A stretch of 64,000 bases of DNA from an uncultured Candidatus Saccharibacteria bacterium (GTDB taxonomy: Bacteria > Patescibacteriota > JABMPQ01 > JAQVVF01). Under the pieces are notes generated by a model. That model worked only from the letters and a program-made list of their open reading frames with translations. It did not search any database and was not told the origin of the DNA. The stretch is from NCBI GenBank assembly GCA_964574655.1, contig CAZNOH010000002.1, positions 108,596 through 172,595 of the forward strand, written 5' to 3'. Positions within the stretch are counted from its first letter, which is position 1. Each line of letters begins with the position of its first letter. Made by a program: the position numbers and the translations under genes. Below are positions 17,693 to 26,523 of this stretch, piece after piece.

Positions 17693-19933
17693 ATGAAAAA
17701 GATTATTTTTATAATTCTTTTCATTATTTTGGGAGGGTTTTTTATTTGGCCAAATTTTCAAGTTTTCGCCAATTCTTATCACGATGTTGTAATCAACGAA
17801 CTGATGTGGATGGGATCGGCTACCTCGTCTAGTGATGAATGGATAGAATTGAAAAATATGACAGATCAAGATATCGATTTTTCAGTAAACAATTGGACAA
17901 TATATAAAAATGATGTTTTGATGGTGACCCTTAATCAAGGAATTATTAAAGCTAATAGTTATTTCTTAATTTCAAAAAATGATAAAGAAAATTCAATTAT
18001 TAACATCGTCCCAGATTTGAAGGTTGCGTCTTTCAAAAACTCTCTTAATAATTCCGATGTTCAGTATAAACTTTATGATAGCCTGATTAATCTAGAAGAG
18101 AATTTAATAGACATAGCTGATGATGGCACTGGTGCTCCATTAGCAGGTTTAAATGGTGCATTTAAAGTTTCTATGGAAAGAAATTCAGAACCAGAAGATG
18201 GTTCCTTAGCTTCAAATTGGCATAACTCTCAAGAACAGATAAATCTTGATTCAAATTCAACAGACTTCGCAACCCCAAAGGATCAAAATAGTGAGAATAT
18301 GCAAACGCCAACAATTTTTCCAGACCAGATATTTATCAATGAAATATTGCCAAATCCGAAGGATTCAGATGATGCAGAATTTATCGAGCTTTACAATAAT
18401 AATTCATTTGACGTTGATTTAACAAATTGGCAGATAGGCGATAGCACAACTTCGCGTTATGCAATTAAAACTTCTGATTTTGCGGATCCAAAAATTAAAG
18501 CCAAAAGCTATTTTCTTCTGCCAAAATCAATTATTAATATTACTTTAAATAATGATTCTGATTCAGTTAAATTATATCAACCAAATCAGAATTTACTTGA
18601 TCAAATTGATTATTCAGAATGTTTTGAAGGTCAAAGTTATAATAAAGTTAGCGATAATAATTGGCAATGGTCAGAGACTTTAACGCCAAATGCTGTAAAT
18701 ATTATTTCTCAAAGCAATAGCCAAGTTAGCGAGCCCAAATCACCAGAAGCAATTATAGAAATTCCAAAGGGTCCATATTTCAAAAAAATTATAATAACCG
18801 AAATTTTGCCAAATCCAAAAGGTTCTGATAATGAGGCTAAAGGCGAATTTATTGAAATAAAAAACATTGGCTTGAAAACAGTTGACCTTTTTGCCTGGTA
18901 TATTGATGATCAAAAAGATGGTTCAACCCCTTATCAAATCAAAGAGCATTTAAAAATCAAACCACAAAAATATTTAGTTTTTTATAAAGGCAAAACAAAA
19001 TTATCTTTAAATAATTCTAATGAGTCAGTCAGAATTTTATGGCCTGACAAAAAAGTTTTACAGGAAATTAAATTTAAAGAATCAGCAAAAGAAGGACAAT
19101 CATTTAGTCTTAAAGACAATAAATGGTCATGGACTTCTTCTATCACGCCTGGCAGAGATAATATTATAAAATCCGCCTCCGCTAAAGCTCCGGCGGACAA
19201 GCAAGAAAACAAAAAAACAACAAAACAAGAAAACAATGAAACAAATCTTTTTAAAATAAAAGAAGTCAGAGGGCTAAAACGTTACGATTCTTTAAAAACA
19301 TCCGGCATTGTTATTGTTCCTCCAAAAACAATTTCGCAGACTTCTTTTTACATTCAAGACGAAACATCTGGCATTCAAGTTTATTTTTCCAAAAAAGATT
19401 TTCCAGATTTAAAGCTTGGTGACAAAATAGAGGTTAGCGGTAAATTATCAGAAGCCTCAAATGAAAAAAGAATTTTAATTTCAAGTAAAGAAGATATTAA
19501 AATAATTAGCAATAATCAAAGTTTAACTGCAACTCAAATTGAAACTGGCAAAGTCAGCGAAGATTTAGAAGGCAAATTAGTTTTAGCTTCTGGACAAATT
19601 GAAAAATTAGCTGGTTCAACATTGTATATTAATGATGGTTCAGGTACTCTAAAAATTTACATACCTGATTCAAATATTGAAAAGCCGAAACTTAAAAAAG
19701 GCGATTGGGTTACCTATCAAGGCATAATCAGCGAAACTTCCAGCGGTTATCGGCTTTTGCCAAGATTTACAAGCGATATAAAGTCCGGAAAATTTTCATT
19801 TACGCCAGCCCAAGGTTTGACTCAAATTCCAAAAGCCGGATCAAATTTAAATTTATTTTTTTCTCTATTAGTTTTTGCTTCCAGTTTTCTTCTTTTTGCA
19901 ATAAAAAAACCTATCAAAATGATAGGAAATTAA
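17693..19933 (+). CDS. Surface protein with three lamin-tail domains, OB-fold region and C-terminal membrane anchor
   Basis: VVINELMW..EWIELKN, IFINEILPNP..EFIELYN, IIITEILPNP..EFIEIKN; FYIQDETSGI; IPKAG followed by a TM and KK. Confidence 0.8.
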   Translation: MKKIIFIILFIILGGFFIWPNFQVFANSYHDVVINELMWMGSATSSSDEWIELKNMTDQDIDFSVNNWTIYKNDVLMVTLNQGIIKANSYFLISKNDKENSIINIVPDLKVASFKNSLNNSDVQYKLYDSLINLEENLIDIADDGTGAPLAGLNGAFKVSMERNSEPEDGSLASNWHNSQEQINLDSNSTDFATPKDQNSENMQTPTIFPDQIFINEILPNPKDSDDAEFIELYNNNSFDVDLTNWQIGDSTTSRYAIKTSDFADPKIKAKSYFLLPKSIINITLNNDSDSVKLYQPNQNLLDQIDYSECFEGQSYNKVSDNNWQWSETLTPNAVNIISQSNSQVSEPKSPEAIIEIPKGPYFKKIIITEILPNPKGSDNEAKGEFIEIKNIGLKTVDLFAWYIDDQKDGSTPYQIKEHLKIKPQKYLVFYKGKTKLSLNNSNESVRILWPDKKVLQEIKFKESAKEGQSFSLKDNKWSWTSSITPGRDNIIKSASAKAPADKQENKKTTKQENNETNLFKIKEVRGLKRYDSLKTSGIVIVPPKTISQTSFYIQDETSGIQVYFSKKDFPDLKLGDKIEVSGKLSEASNEKRILISSKEDIKIISNNQSLTATQIETGKVSEDLEGKLVLASGQIEKLAGSTLYINDGSGTLKIYIPDSNIEKPKLKKGDWVTYQGIISETSSGYRLLPRFTSDIKSGKFSFTPAQGLTQIPKAGSNLNLFFSLLVFASSFLLFAIKKPIKMIGN

Positions 19934-20202
19934 GGAGCTGGTCTTAAAAAACAATCGGCAAATCTTCCAGTAGCTTCAGATGATAGTTTCGCGCGAACAA
20001 TAAAAGTATTTTTAAAATGGAGGAGACAATCTGAATCATGATGACGATCGCAATAAGTGTCGCACGTGCACCATACATCACGTTCTTTTACAGAAGTTAC
20101 TTCGAATGGTCCGATTCCAAACTCTTGAACAATTTTTCTAGTCTTTGGACAATCAATAACAGTTACTCTTTCTCCAACCGTAAACACATGTTTTTCTGCC
20201 AT
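19930..20202 (-). CDS. Small hypothetical protein, paralog of 20233-20544
   Basis: FTVGERV...GPFEV...CTC...H...C; SD GGAGG. Confidence 0.7.
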   Translation of the reverse strand: MAEKHVFTVGERVTVIDCPKTRKIVQEFGIGPFEVTSVKERDVWCTCDTYCDRHHDSDCLLHFKNTFIVRAKLSSEATGRFADCFLRPAP

Positions 20203-20232
20203 CTCTTCCTCCTTGTCCGTCGGATAACAGAA

Positions 20233-20544
20233 CTAAGGTACTAGTTCAAAATAAACACCATGCAATCCAATTCTTTCTTCGGTTTGCTCTTCTCCTGTTG
20301 AGATAATCGCTACAGATTGAGGATGGCCATAATATTCTACTCGATAGATTCCGCAACTTCTTGGATGTTTGTTTTTGATTGTTCCGCAATCACATTGAGT
20401 TGGAACATCTTTGACATCCACTACTTCGAATGGACCATCGCCATACTTTAGTCGAAATTTCAGTACCTTCATCGAAAGTTGACGGTCAGGAGCTGAAGTC
20501 CAGTTGACCTTTTCACCAATAGCGAATAAATGCTGTTCTGACAT
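20233..20544 (-). CDS. Small hypothetical protein, paralog of 19930-20202
   Basis: FAIGEKV...GPFEV...CDC...H...C; SD GGAGGAGG; promoter TTGACA-N17-TAAAAT at 20582-20610. Confidence 0.7.
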   Translation of the reverse strand: MSEQHLFAIGEKVNWTSAPDRQLSMKVLKFRLKYGDGPFEVVDVKDVPTQCDCGTIKNKHPRSCGIYRVEYYGHPQSVAIISTGEEQTEERIGLHGVYFELVP

Positions 20545-20612
20545 TTTGTCCTCCTCCTGTTCTTGCCATCAACAACAACTCATTTTATCTCAAAATAATT
20601 AATTTGTCAATT

Positions 20613-20744
20613 ATGCCAAAAGAATTAGAACAAAAATTGAAAAAACAAGCTAATAAAAAAGGTTTTAAAGGCAAAAGAGCTAACGCTTATATTTTTGGAA
20701 CATTAAGAAAAACTGGCTGGACACCAAAAAGAAAAAAGAAATAA
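20613..20744 (+). CDS. 43-aa basic protein, not in the ORF track
   Basis: MPKELEQKLKKQANKKGFKGKRANAYIFGTLRKTGWTPKRKKK*; fills the gap and reads like a protein. Confidence 0.6.
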   Translation: MPKELEQKLKKQANKKGFKGKRANAYIFGTLRKTGWTPKRKKK

Positions 20745-20808
20745 TTGACAAAAACTTTTTTTAGCACTATATTAATCAATCAGCACTTTCAAAAACAAGG
20801 AGGGGAGA

Positions 20809-21204
20809 ATGAGCAGAAAAGTAGAAATATTTTTTGTTTCGTTTATTTTTTTGTTAGCAATTGCTTATGTATCTGGCATTATTTTCAAGCTAAACTATCT
20901 ATTAGCTTTAGCTAACTCTGCGCCTACGCCACAACAAACATTAGCATTTCTTGCAATGCTATTTTTAGGGTTTTTGGTTGGCTATGTCGTCATTACCGTG
21001 TTTGTTAATGTTTTTTTGAAAAAATGTGATTGTTGTCGTGGTCGCGGACTTGTAAAAAAAGTCATCTTTGCAGGTCATCATGCAGATGTGAAAACAAAAG
21101 AATACGAGTTTTGCTTTAGATGTCGCATCCAAGAATCATGGAAAAAGCACGAGGAACTTATTCATATGAAAGATTATTCGATCATTCATATTTCTTTGAT
21201 CTAA
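20809..21204 (+). CDS. Two-TM membrane protein with Cys-rich C-terminus
   Basis: CDCCRG...CFRC; promoter TTGACA-N17-TATATT (20745-20773), SD GGAGG, terminator at 21203-21227. Confidence 0.65.
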   Translation: MSRKVEIFFVSFIFLLAIAYVSGIIFKLNYLLALANSAPTPQQTLAFLAMLFLGFLVGYVVITVFVNVFLKKCDCCRGRGLVKKVIFAGHHADVKTKEYEFCFRCRIQESWKKHEELIHMKDYSIIHISLI

Positions 21205-21324
21205 CCCAATTTTGTTGGGTTTTTTTATTTTTCAATGATTTATCCACTTTTAAAAATCATAATTTTATGCTATACTATAAGTAAGAAGATAATTTAATTA
21301 TTTATAATTTTTAATTTTACATTT

Positions 21325-22479
21325 ATGCCGGATCAATTCAAAGAGATTAGCCATCAAGGCTATGGATCAAGAATTATGGGATCGTTTGCTGGAATACTTG
21401 TTGGAATCGTTCTGTTCTTTGCCTCTTTTGTTGTGCTCTATTGGAATGAAAGCAGAGTTGATATGTCTCAAATTGCGAAAACATCAGTTGAAGTTCAATC
21501 TAGCAAAGTTGATGCAAGCTTAGATCAAAAATTGATTTCAGTTACTGGTCCGATAACATCAACAGAAAAATTAAGTGACAACTTATTTTTAAGTGAATCA
21601 GACTATATTGCAATTTATCGTAAATCAGAAATGTTTGCTTGGGAGGAAAAAACTGACACTGATACAACAACGCAAACAGGCGGCAGTCAGACAACTGAAA
21701 CAACTTATACTTATGATACTGCTTGGACTTCAAGTCCAGAAAAATCTTCTAGCTTCAAACAGCCAGAAGGCCATGAAAATCCAAATCAATCTATTACAAG
21801 CGAAACTTTCAAGGCCAATGACGCCAAGATTGATCAATACAAATTAGATATGGCGAATTTAAAACTCGATACAAGCTTATTAGTCGGTGCAGAAAAATTA
21901 CAATTAGATTCAGAAAATACTATTTTGACACCTGCTGACAAAATAGTAGAGAATTACTATGTTTATCAAGGAGCAGGAAATATTGCTAACCCTCAAGTTG
22001 GCGACCAAAAAATAAGCTATTATGTTTTACCGCAAAAAGAAATAATTACAGTTTTTGGAAAATTAAGCAGTGGAAAAATTACAACATATTCTGACGAAAA
22101 AAATAATACCTTATTTAGAGTTTTCTTAGGCGATCGAGCATCTGCAATCTCCACAATGCAAACAGAATATACAATCATGACTTGGATTCTTAGACTTGTT
22201 GGATTTCTAATGATGTGGATTGGTCTATCAGCAATGTTTGGTCCAATCAGTGTTGTTCTAGATTTCTTGCCATTCTTAGGCTCTGCTAGTCGTGCAGTTA
22301 TTGGTTTTATTACGTTCATTGTTGCTTTAGCTTTGTCAGTTTTAACGATTTTGATCTCAATGGTAATTCAAAATATAATTGCCTTAATTATAATTTTAGC
22401 TTTGATAATAGTAACTGCTATAATTATTGCAGTAATTTTTATGAAAAAGAAGAAGGGTGCAAAAAAAGCTACGGCTTAA
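21325..22479 (+). CDS. TMEM43 (DUF1625)-family membrane protein
   Basis: N-terminal TM ending LYWNE, RKSEMFAWEE, PQVGDQKISY, TWILRLVG plus C-terminal TMs. Confidence 0.8.
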   Translation: MPDQFKEISHQGYGSRIMGSFAGILVGIVLFFASFVVLYWNESRVDMSQIAKTSVEVQSSKVDASLDQKLISVTGPITSTEKLSDNLFLSESDYIAIYRKSEMFAWEEKTDTDTTTQTGGSQTTETTYTYDTAWTSSPEKSSSFKQPEGHENPNQSITSETFKANDAKIDQYKLDMANLKLDTSLLVGAEKLQLDSENTILTPADKIVENYYVYQGAGNIANPQVGDQKISYYVLPQKEIITVFGKLSSGKITTYSDEKNNTLFRVFLGDRASAISTMQTEYTIMTWILRLVGFLMMWIGLSAMFGPISVVLDFLPFLGSASRAVIGFITFIVALALSVLTILISMVIQNIIALIIILALIIVTAIIIAVIFMKKKKGAKKATA

Positions 22480-22566
22480 TAGTTAATAATTAAAATTTAA
22501 TAAATTTAAAAACGACCAGAAATGGTCGTTTTGATTTAAATTACCTGGATTAAAGAGGTTGGAATA

Positions 22567-22602
22567 AAGAGGTCCGACCTCTCACTAGAGGTCGGACCTC
22601 TT
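22567..22602. repeat. REP-like doublet
   Basis: AAGAGGTCCGACCTCT-CACT-AGAGGTCGGACCTCTT: perfect 16-bp inverted repeat whose arms are themselves mini-palindromes. Confidence 0.8.
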
Positions 22603-22664
22603 CAGACCTTAACAATAAAAAAATCCGTCAAAAACGGATTACAAAGTACAAAAATAAATAATAT

Positions 22665-22889
22665 TTAACAGCTTTTGCTGTGAATGAGAGCAGGATCGAA
22701 GCTGATTTCATCCTGATGGACGTCGGGATTGATTTCGCCGTTTGCCAATCTCACTCGATAATGCATCTCACGTTGTCCATCTTGCCAATCACCAACAATT
22801 GAAACTACATGCCCAGCAAACAATCCAACTCGACAGTTTGTCAATTCAGGATCATGAATCTGATGTATTCCATGTCCTTGTTCGCGCAT
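22665..22889 (-). CDS. Small hypothetical protein (stand-alone cassette)
   Basis: SD AGGAG; promoter TTGACT-N16-TATAAT (22940-22967). Confidence 0.55.
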   Translation of the reverse strand: MREQGHGIHQIHDPELTNCRVGLFAGHVVSIVGDWQDGQREMHYRVRLANGEINPDVHQDEISFDPALIHSKSC

Positions 22890-22969
22890 TTTACGCTCCT
22901 TTTTTCCTCGGGTGCTGTCTGGTTCGCTACCTTGCAGAGATTATAACACTAAATTTATAGAAGTCAAGT

Positions 22970-25561
22970 CTATTTCTTTTGCCTCAGATCAACCACTCCC
23001 GCTCTGTTATTAACATTTTTTGCAACGTCTGGTTCTGTTCTTGTATGTTCTTTTTTTACAGTTTCTTTAACTCTTTTGCCAATCTCTCTTTTCAATCCAG
23101 AGAATATAAAAATATTAATAATTACAATGCTGAACATCACCAGATAAGGCACTGCTTCAGTTGAAATCAACCTTTTGCCAAAAATCATGCCAGCTGCTTT
23201 CAATTTTTCTTGAGATTTATTTAAACTATCATTAATTCTTTGCCACAGGCTATTTGCTTTTGGCGTTACCTCAACTTCCTTAGTTCTGGCGCTTTCATTA
23301 CCGCTTAAATCAATTGCTGAAATTGATACAAAATAGTGATAATTATTTTCCAAATTTTCTAATATATAAATATTTTTTTCAGGTTTTATTTCGATTGCTT
23401 TATAAAAACTTTTTTCTTGCTTATAATATAATTTATAATATGCTAAATCTTTTTCGCTATTTTTATTCCAGCTTGCTTCGATTTTAGAATCGCCAGCTAA
23501 TAATACAGGCGCGCTTGGAATTTTGGGAGGAATCGTATCAATCGTATTAGCCGAAATTATATTTGAAATTAATGATGGATTTTTTTCTTCATCCAATGTT
23601 TTAACAGCAATAAAATACTTAGTTCCAGGAGTTAAAGTTTTTAGTTGTATTTCTTGTAATGATGGGGGAATTAGCAATTCAGGATAAGCCTTGTATTGAG
23701 TAGCTTGATAAAAATTATTTTCATTAATTAAACTTTCAGAATATCTAATGTCATAATAGCTTGCCAAGCCTTGATCAAAATCATCGCCAGACGCTGTCCA
23801 CTCTAAATTAATCGTTGTATCTGTTGGGTTGAAAGCTTTTAGATCTTTAATTGTGTTAGGAAATGCTAAATCAGTCGGTGTTGTCACAACTTGCGGTTCA
23901 AGATTATCTTCATCAATATCATCATTCAACAAAGCATCCCAAGTTAGAGGCAAAATTGAAATATAATATTCTTCATTATTTTCCAAATTTGGAATCAAAA
24001 TTTCAGTTTCTCTGAAAACACTCAAGAATCTTTGTTCACCGCCTTGTTTCTTGAACAAAATTTTATAACCTTTAAAATTTTTGTTGATCGGACTTTCCCA
24101 TGACAATTTTATTTCGGAATCAAGTGGCTCCACTTTAATATTATAAACCGAATCAACTTCTAAGCGTTTTATATTTTTTAATGGATTAAAATTTCCTTGA
24201 TCTTCATTTCCAAGTCGCCAAATAGCTATTCCTGCAATTCCTAATTTTTTAATGACATTAATTTTTTCAGTAATGCTTCTTTCATTTTCAAAATAAACAG
24301 TATGTGGATTTCCTTTATCATCTTTATAATAGAACCAAGGACATTTTGCTTCATCATCCCATTCAACTTCAATATTATTTTCATCAATTATATTTTTTAC
24401 GCCATCATAAACCAAGCCTCTATTTTCGCACATTCCTTCAGTGCACCAGTCATAAGCATAAAAAGGCAAACCAGCAATTACTTTTAACGGATCAACTTTG
24501 CTTTGAGCATAAGTCAAAGCTTTTACCATCCATTTTATTGGCGCAATTGGACCAGGCTGGGTGTTTGTTCTTGAATGATCATAAGTCATTATCCTAATTT
24601 GATCAGCAACCTCGCCTAATTTTTCAAAATCATAGGCTTGTAACCAAGATTCATCATCAGATTGTTTCGCTTGAAGCGTTACCGACAAGATTTTATCAAT
24701 TTGGTGTATTTCCTTGCCTAGTACTTTAATATATTGGCTAAAATCTTCTCTTGCTTTTGCATCCAAATTTTCAAAATCAATATCAATGCCGTCATAATCA
24801 TTTTCTTTAATTTCCGAAATTATCATGTCAATATTTTTTTTTCTCTTTCGCCAATCCATTACAACAGCAGTTCCTTTTGAGTTATCGTCAAAATTATTTG
24901 TAATTGTTGGAATATTTTTTTTATCCGAATTTTTCAATTTCTCCTTCATTTCCTCATCAAAAATATCGCCATGTTTTTTTATTGTGCCATCAGGTTCAAG
25001 GGAATAAATAAAAGGTGATAAACCGGTAAAAACATCAAAATTATTATTCACAGTGTTTTTTTGATCAGGCACATCAATCATAGGCATCCAGCCAATGACT
25101 TGAAACCCATTGCTGTCTGATGAGTTTGGCGCAATGCCTATTTCTTTTGTTGCTTTGCTTTTATTTCCAGCCTTGTCTTGTGCTTGGATGCTGACAAAGT
25201 AAAATGCGCTCGCCAAATCTTTGATTTGATATGAAAAAACATTATTAGCTACGAAAATAGGATCGCTATCTTCCTTTTCCACCGAAGTCCGCAGATTAAT
25301 TAAATATTTATCAACCTCATCTTCTTTGACACTTACTTTCCAATTTAATTCCAAAGCATTATCTAAAGCCTTTACATTAAAGCCTTGAGGAATATGAGGT
25401 GGGTTAGTGTCATCCTTATCTTTAAGTTGCGTATCAGAAGTATTAGTGCTCGTATTTGTGTCATTAGTGTTTGCATTAGTGTGTAACACAAATAACACCT
25501 GAAATATAATTAGGACTAATACAAAACTGCAGATTATTTTTTTGTTTTTTAGTTTTTTCAT
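22970..25561 (-). CDS. Membrane-anchored GH18 glycoside hydrolase with multiple FN3 domains
   Basis: DGIDIDFE catalytic motif, IMTYD, PGPIAP, IWRLG; one N-terminal and about three C-terminal FN3-like repeats; C-terminal TM. Confidence 0.85.
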   Translation of the reverse strand: MKKLKNKKIICSFVLVLIIFQVLFVLHTNANTNDTNTSTNTSDTQLKDKDDTNPPHIPQGFNVKALDNALELNWKVSVKEDEVDKYLINLRTSVEKEDSDPIFVANNVFSYQIKDLASAFYFVSIQAQDKAGNKSKATKEIGIAPNSSDSNGFQVIGWMPMIDVPDQKNTVNNNFDVFTGLSPFIYSLEPDGTIKKHGDIFDEEMKEKLKNSDKKNIPTITNNFDDNSKGTAVVMDWRKRKKNIDMIISEIKENDYDGIDIDFENLDAKAREDFSQYIKVLGKEIHQIDKILSVTLQAKQSDDESWLQAYDFEKLGEVADQIRIMTYDHSRTNTQPGPIAPIKWMVKALTYAQSKVDPLKVIAGLPFYAYDWCTEGMCENRGLVYDGVKNIIDENNIEVEWDDEAKCPWFYYKDDKGNPHTVYFENERSITEKINVIKKLGIAGIAIWRLGNEDQGNFNPLKNIKRLEVDSVYNIKVEPLDSEIKLSWESPINKNFKGYKILFKKQGGEQRFLSVFRETEILIPNLENNEEYYISILPLTWDALLNDDIDEDNLEPQVVTTPTDLAFPNTIKDLKAFNPTDTTINLEWTASGDDFDQGLASYYDIRYSESLINENNFYQATQYKAYPELLIPPSLQEIQLKTLTPGTKYFIAVKTLDEEKNPSLISNIISANTIDTIPPKIPSAPVLLAGDSKIEASWNKNSEKDLAYYKLYYKQEKSFYKAIEIKPEKNIYILENLENNYHYFVSISAIDLSGNESARTKEVEVTPKANSLWQRINDSLNKSQEKLKAAGMIFGKRLISTEAVPYLVMFSIVIINIFIFSGLKREIGKRVKETVKKEHTRTEPDVAKNVNNRAGVVDLRQKK

Positions 25562-25591
25562 CTGCACTAATAATATAGCATATTTACAGTT

Positions 25592-25648
25592 GTTTAGAAA
25601 TTGGTTATTAGAAATTTAATAGACATTAGGAATTGGTAATTAGAAATT
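25592..25648. repeat. Solo right arm of a periodic palindrome
   Basis: GTTTAGAAATTGGTTATTAGAAATTTAATAGACATTAGGAATTGGTAATTAGAAATT aligns with the right arm at 31961-32018; no left arm nearby. Confidence 0.65.
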
Positions 25649-25746
25649 CGTAGCGAAGTTATCAACCATTCATAATTGTCCATTTAAACAATTTTTGCTA
25701 TAATATAATAAACGAAAGAAAATCTTAAAACAAAAGACAATTAATC

Positions 25747-26523
25747 ATGAAAAATTTCAAGCCGTTAGGGGATATTTTTCGCTCAACCTGGAATCAGTTT
25801 GAGAAAAATTGGGGTAATTATGTCGGCATATCAGCAATCTTTACAGTTGCTCAGTTTGTCGTTATTTTTGTTATTGTTTTCTCAATAATATTTTTACAAT
25901 TTGCAGGATTATTGGGCAGTATTCCGTTAATGATTAATCAAGATTCAACAACAGCTGGAATCGGTGGATTGTTGATGATTACAGTTATTGTCACCACATC
26001 ATTACTTTTATTTATAATTATTTTTGGCCTTAGTTTTCTTATCAATGCTTGGTTAATGAGTTCCTTAATTACGATTATTGCAAAAAAGCAGGAAGGTAAT
26101 TTAGATTTTATTCAATTCATCAAATCCTGCTGGCCAAAAGTTTGGAAGGTTTTTGGTGCATTAATTTTAATGGGATTAATAATTTTTGCAGGCTTTATCT
26201 GCTTTATTATTCCTGGAATAATATTTGGATTATGGCTTTCTCAAGTTTTATTCCTAATCATTTTAGAAGACTTGTCTATTGGCGAGGCTTTCAAAAAATC
26301 AAAAGAATTAGTCAAAGGCTATATGGGCACTGTTTTTCTGTATAATTTTGTTTTTATCATTGTCTTAGAAGTTGGAATGATGGCTGTTAATATTATTCCT
26401 TTTCTAGGAACTTTAGCTATGCCTTTCTTGAGTATCGTTGCAACTCCGTTAATTGTAATTTTTCAATATCAAATATTTTTAGAACTTAAAAAAACTAAAC
26501 ATGCCACAAACGCCTCAAATTGA
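25747..26523 (+). CDS. Polytopic membrane protein (DUF975-like)
   Basis: FIIPGII...AFKKSKELVKG motif; several TMs. Confidence 0.7.
   Translation: MKNFKPLGDIFRSTWNQFEKNWGNYVGISAIFTVAQFVVIFVIVFSIIFLQFAGLLGSIPLMINQDSTTAGIGGLLMITVIVTTSLLLFIIIFGLSFLINAWLMSSLITIIAKKQEGNLDFIQFIKSCWPKVWKVFGALILMGLIIFAGFICFIIPGIIFGLWLSQVLFLIILEDLSIGEAFKKSKELVKGYMGTVFLYNFVFIIVLEVGMMAVNIIPFLGTLAMPFLSIVATPLIVIFQYQIFLELKKTKHATNASN

Noticed and set aside
21325-22479. TMEM43 homolog as a eukaryote-derived gene
   Set aside because: Bacterial members of this family are known, and nothing in the sequence indicates recent transfer.
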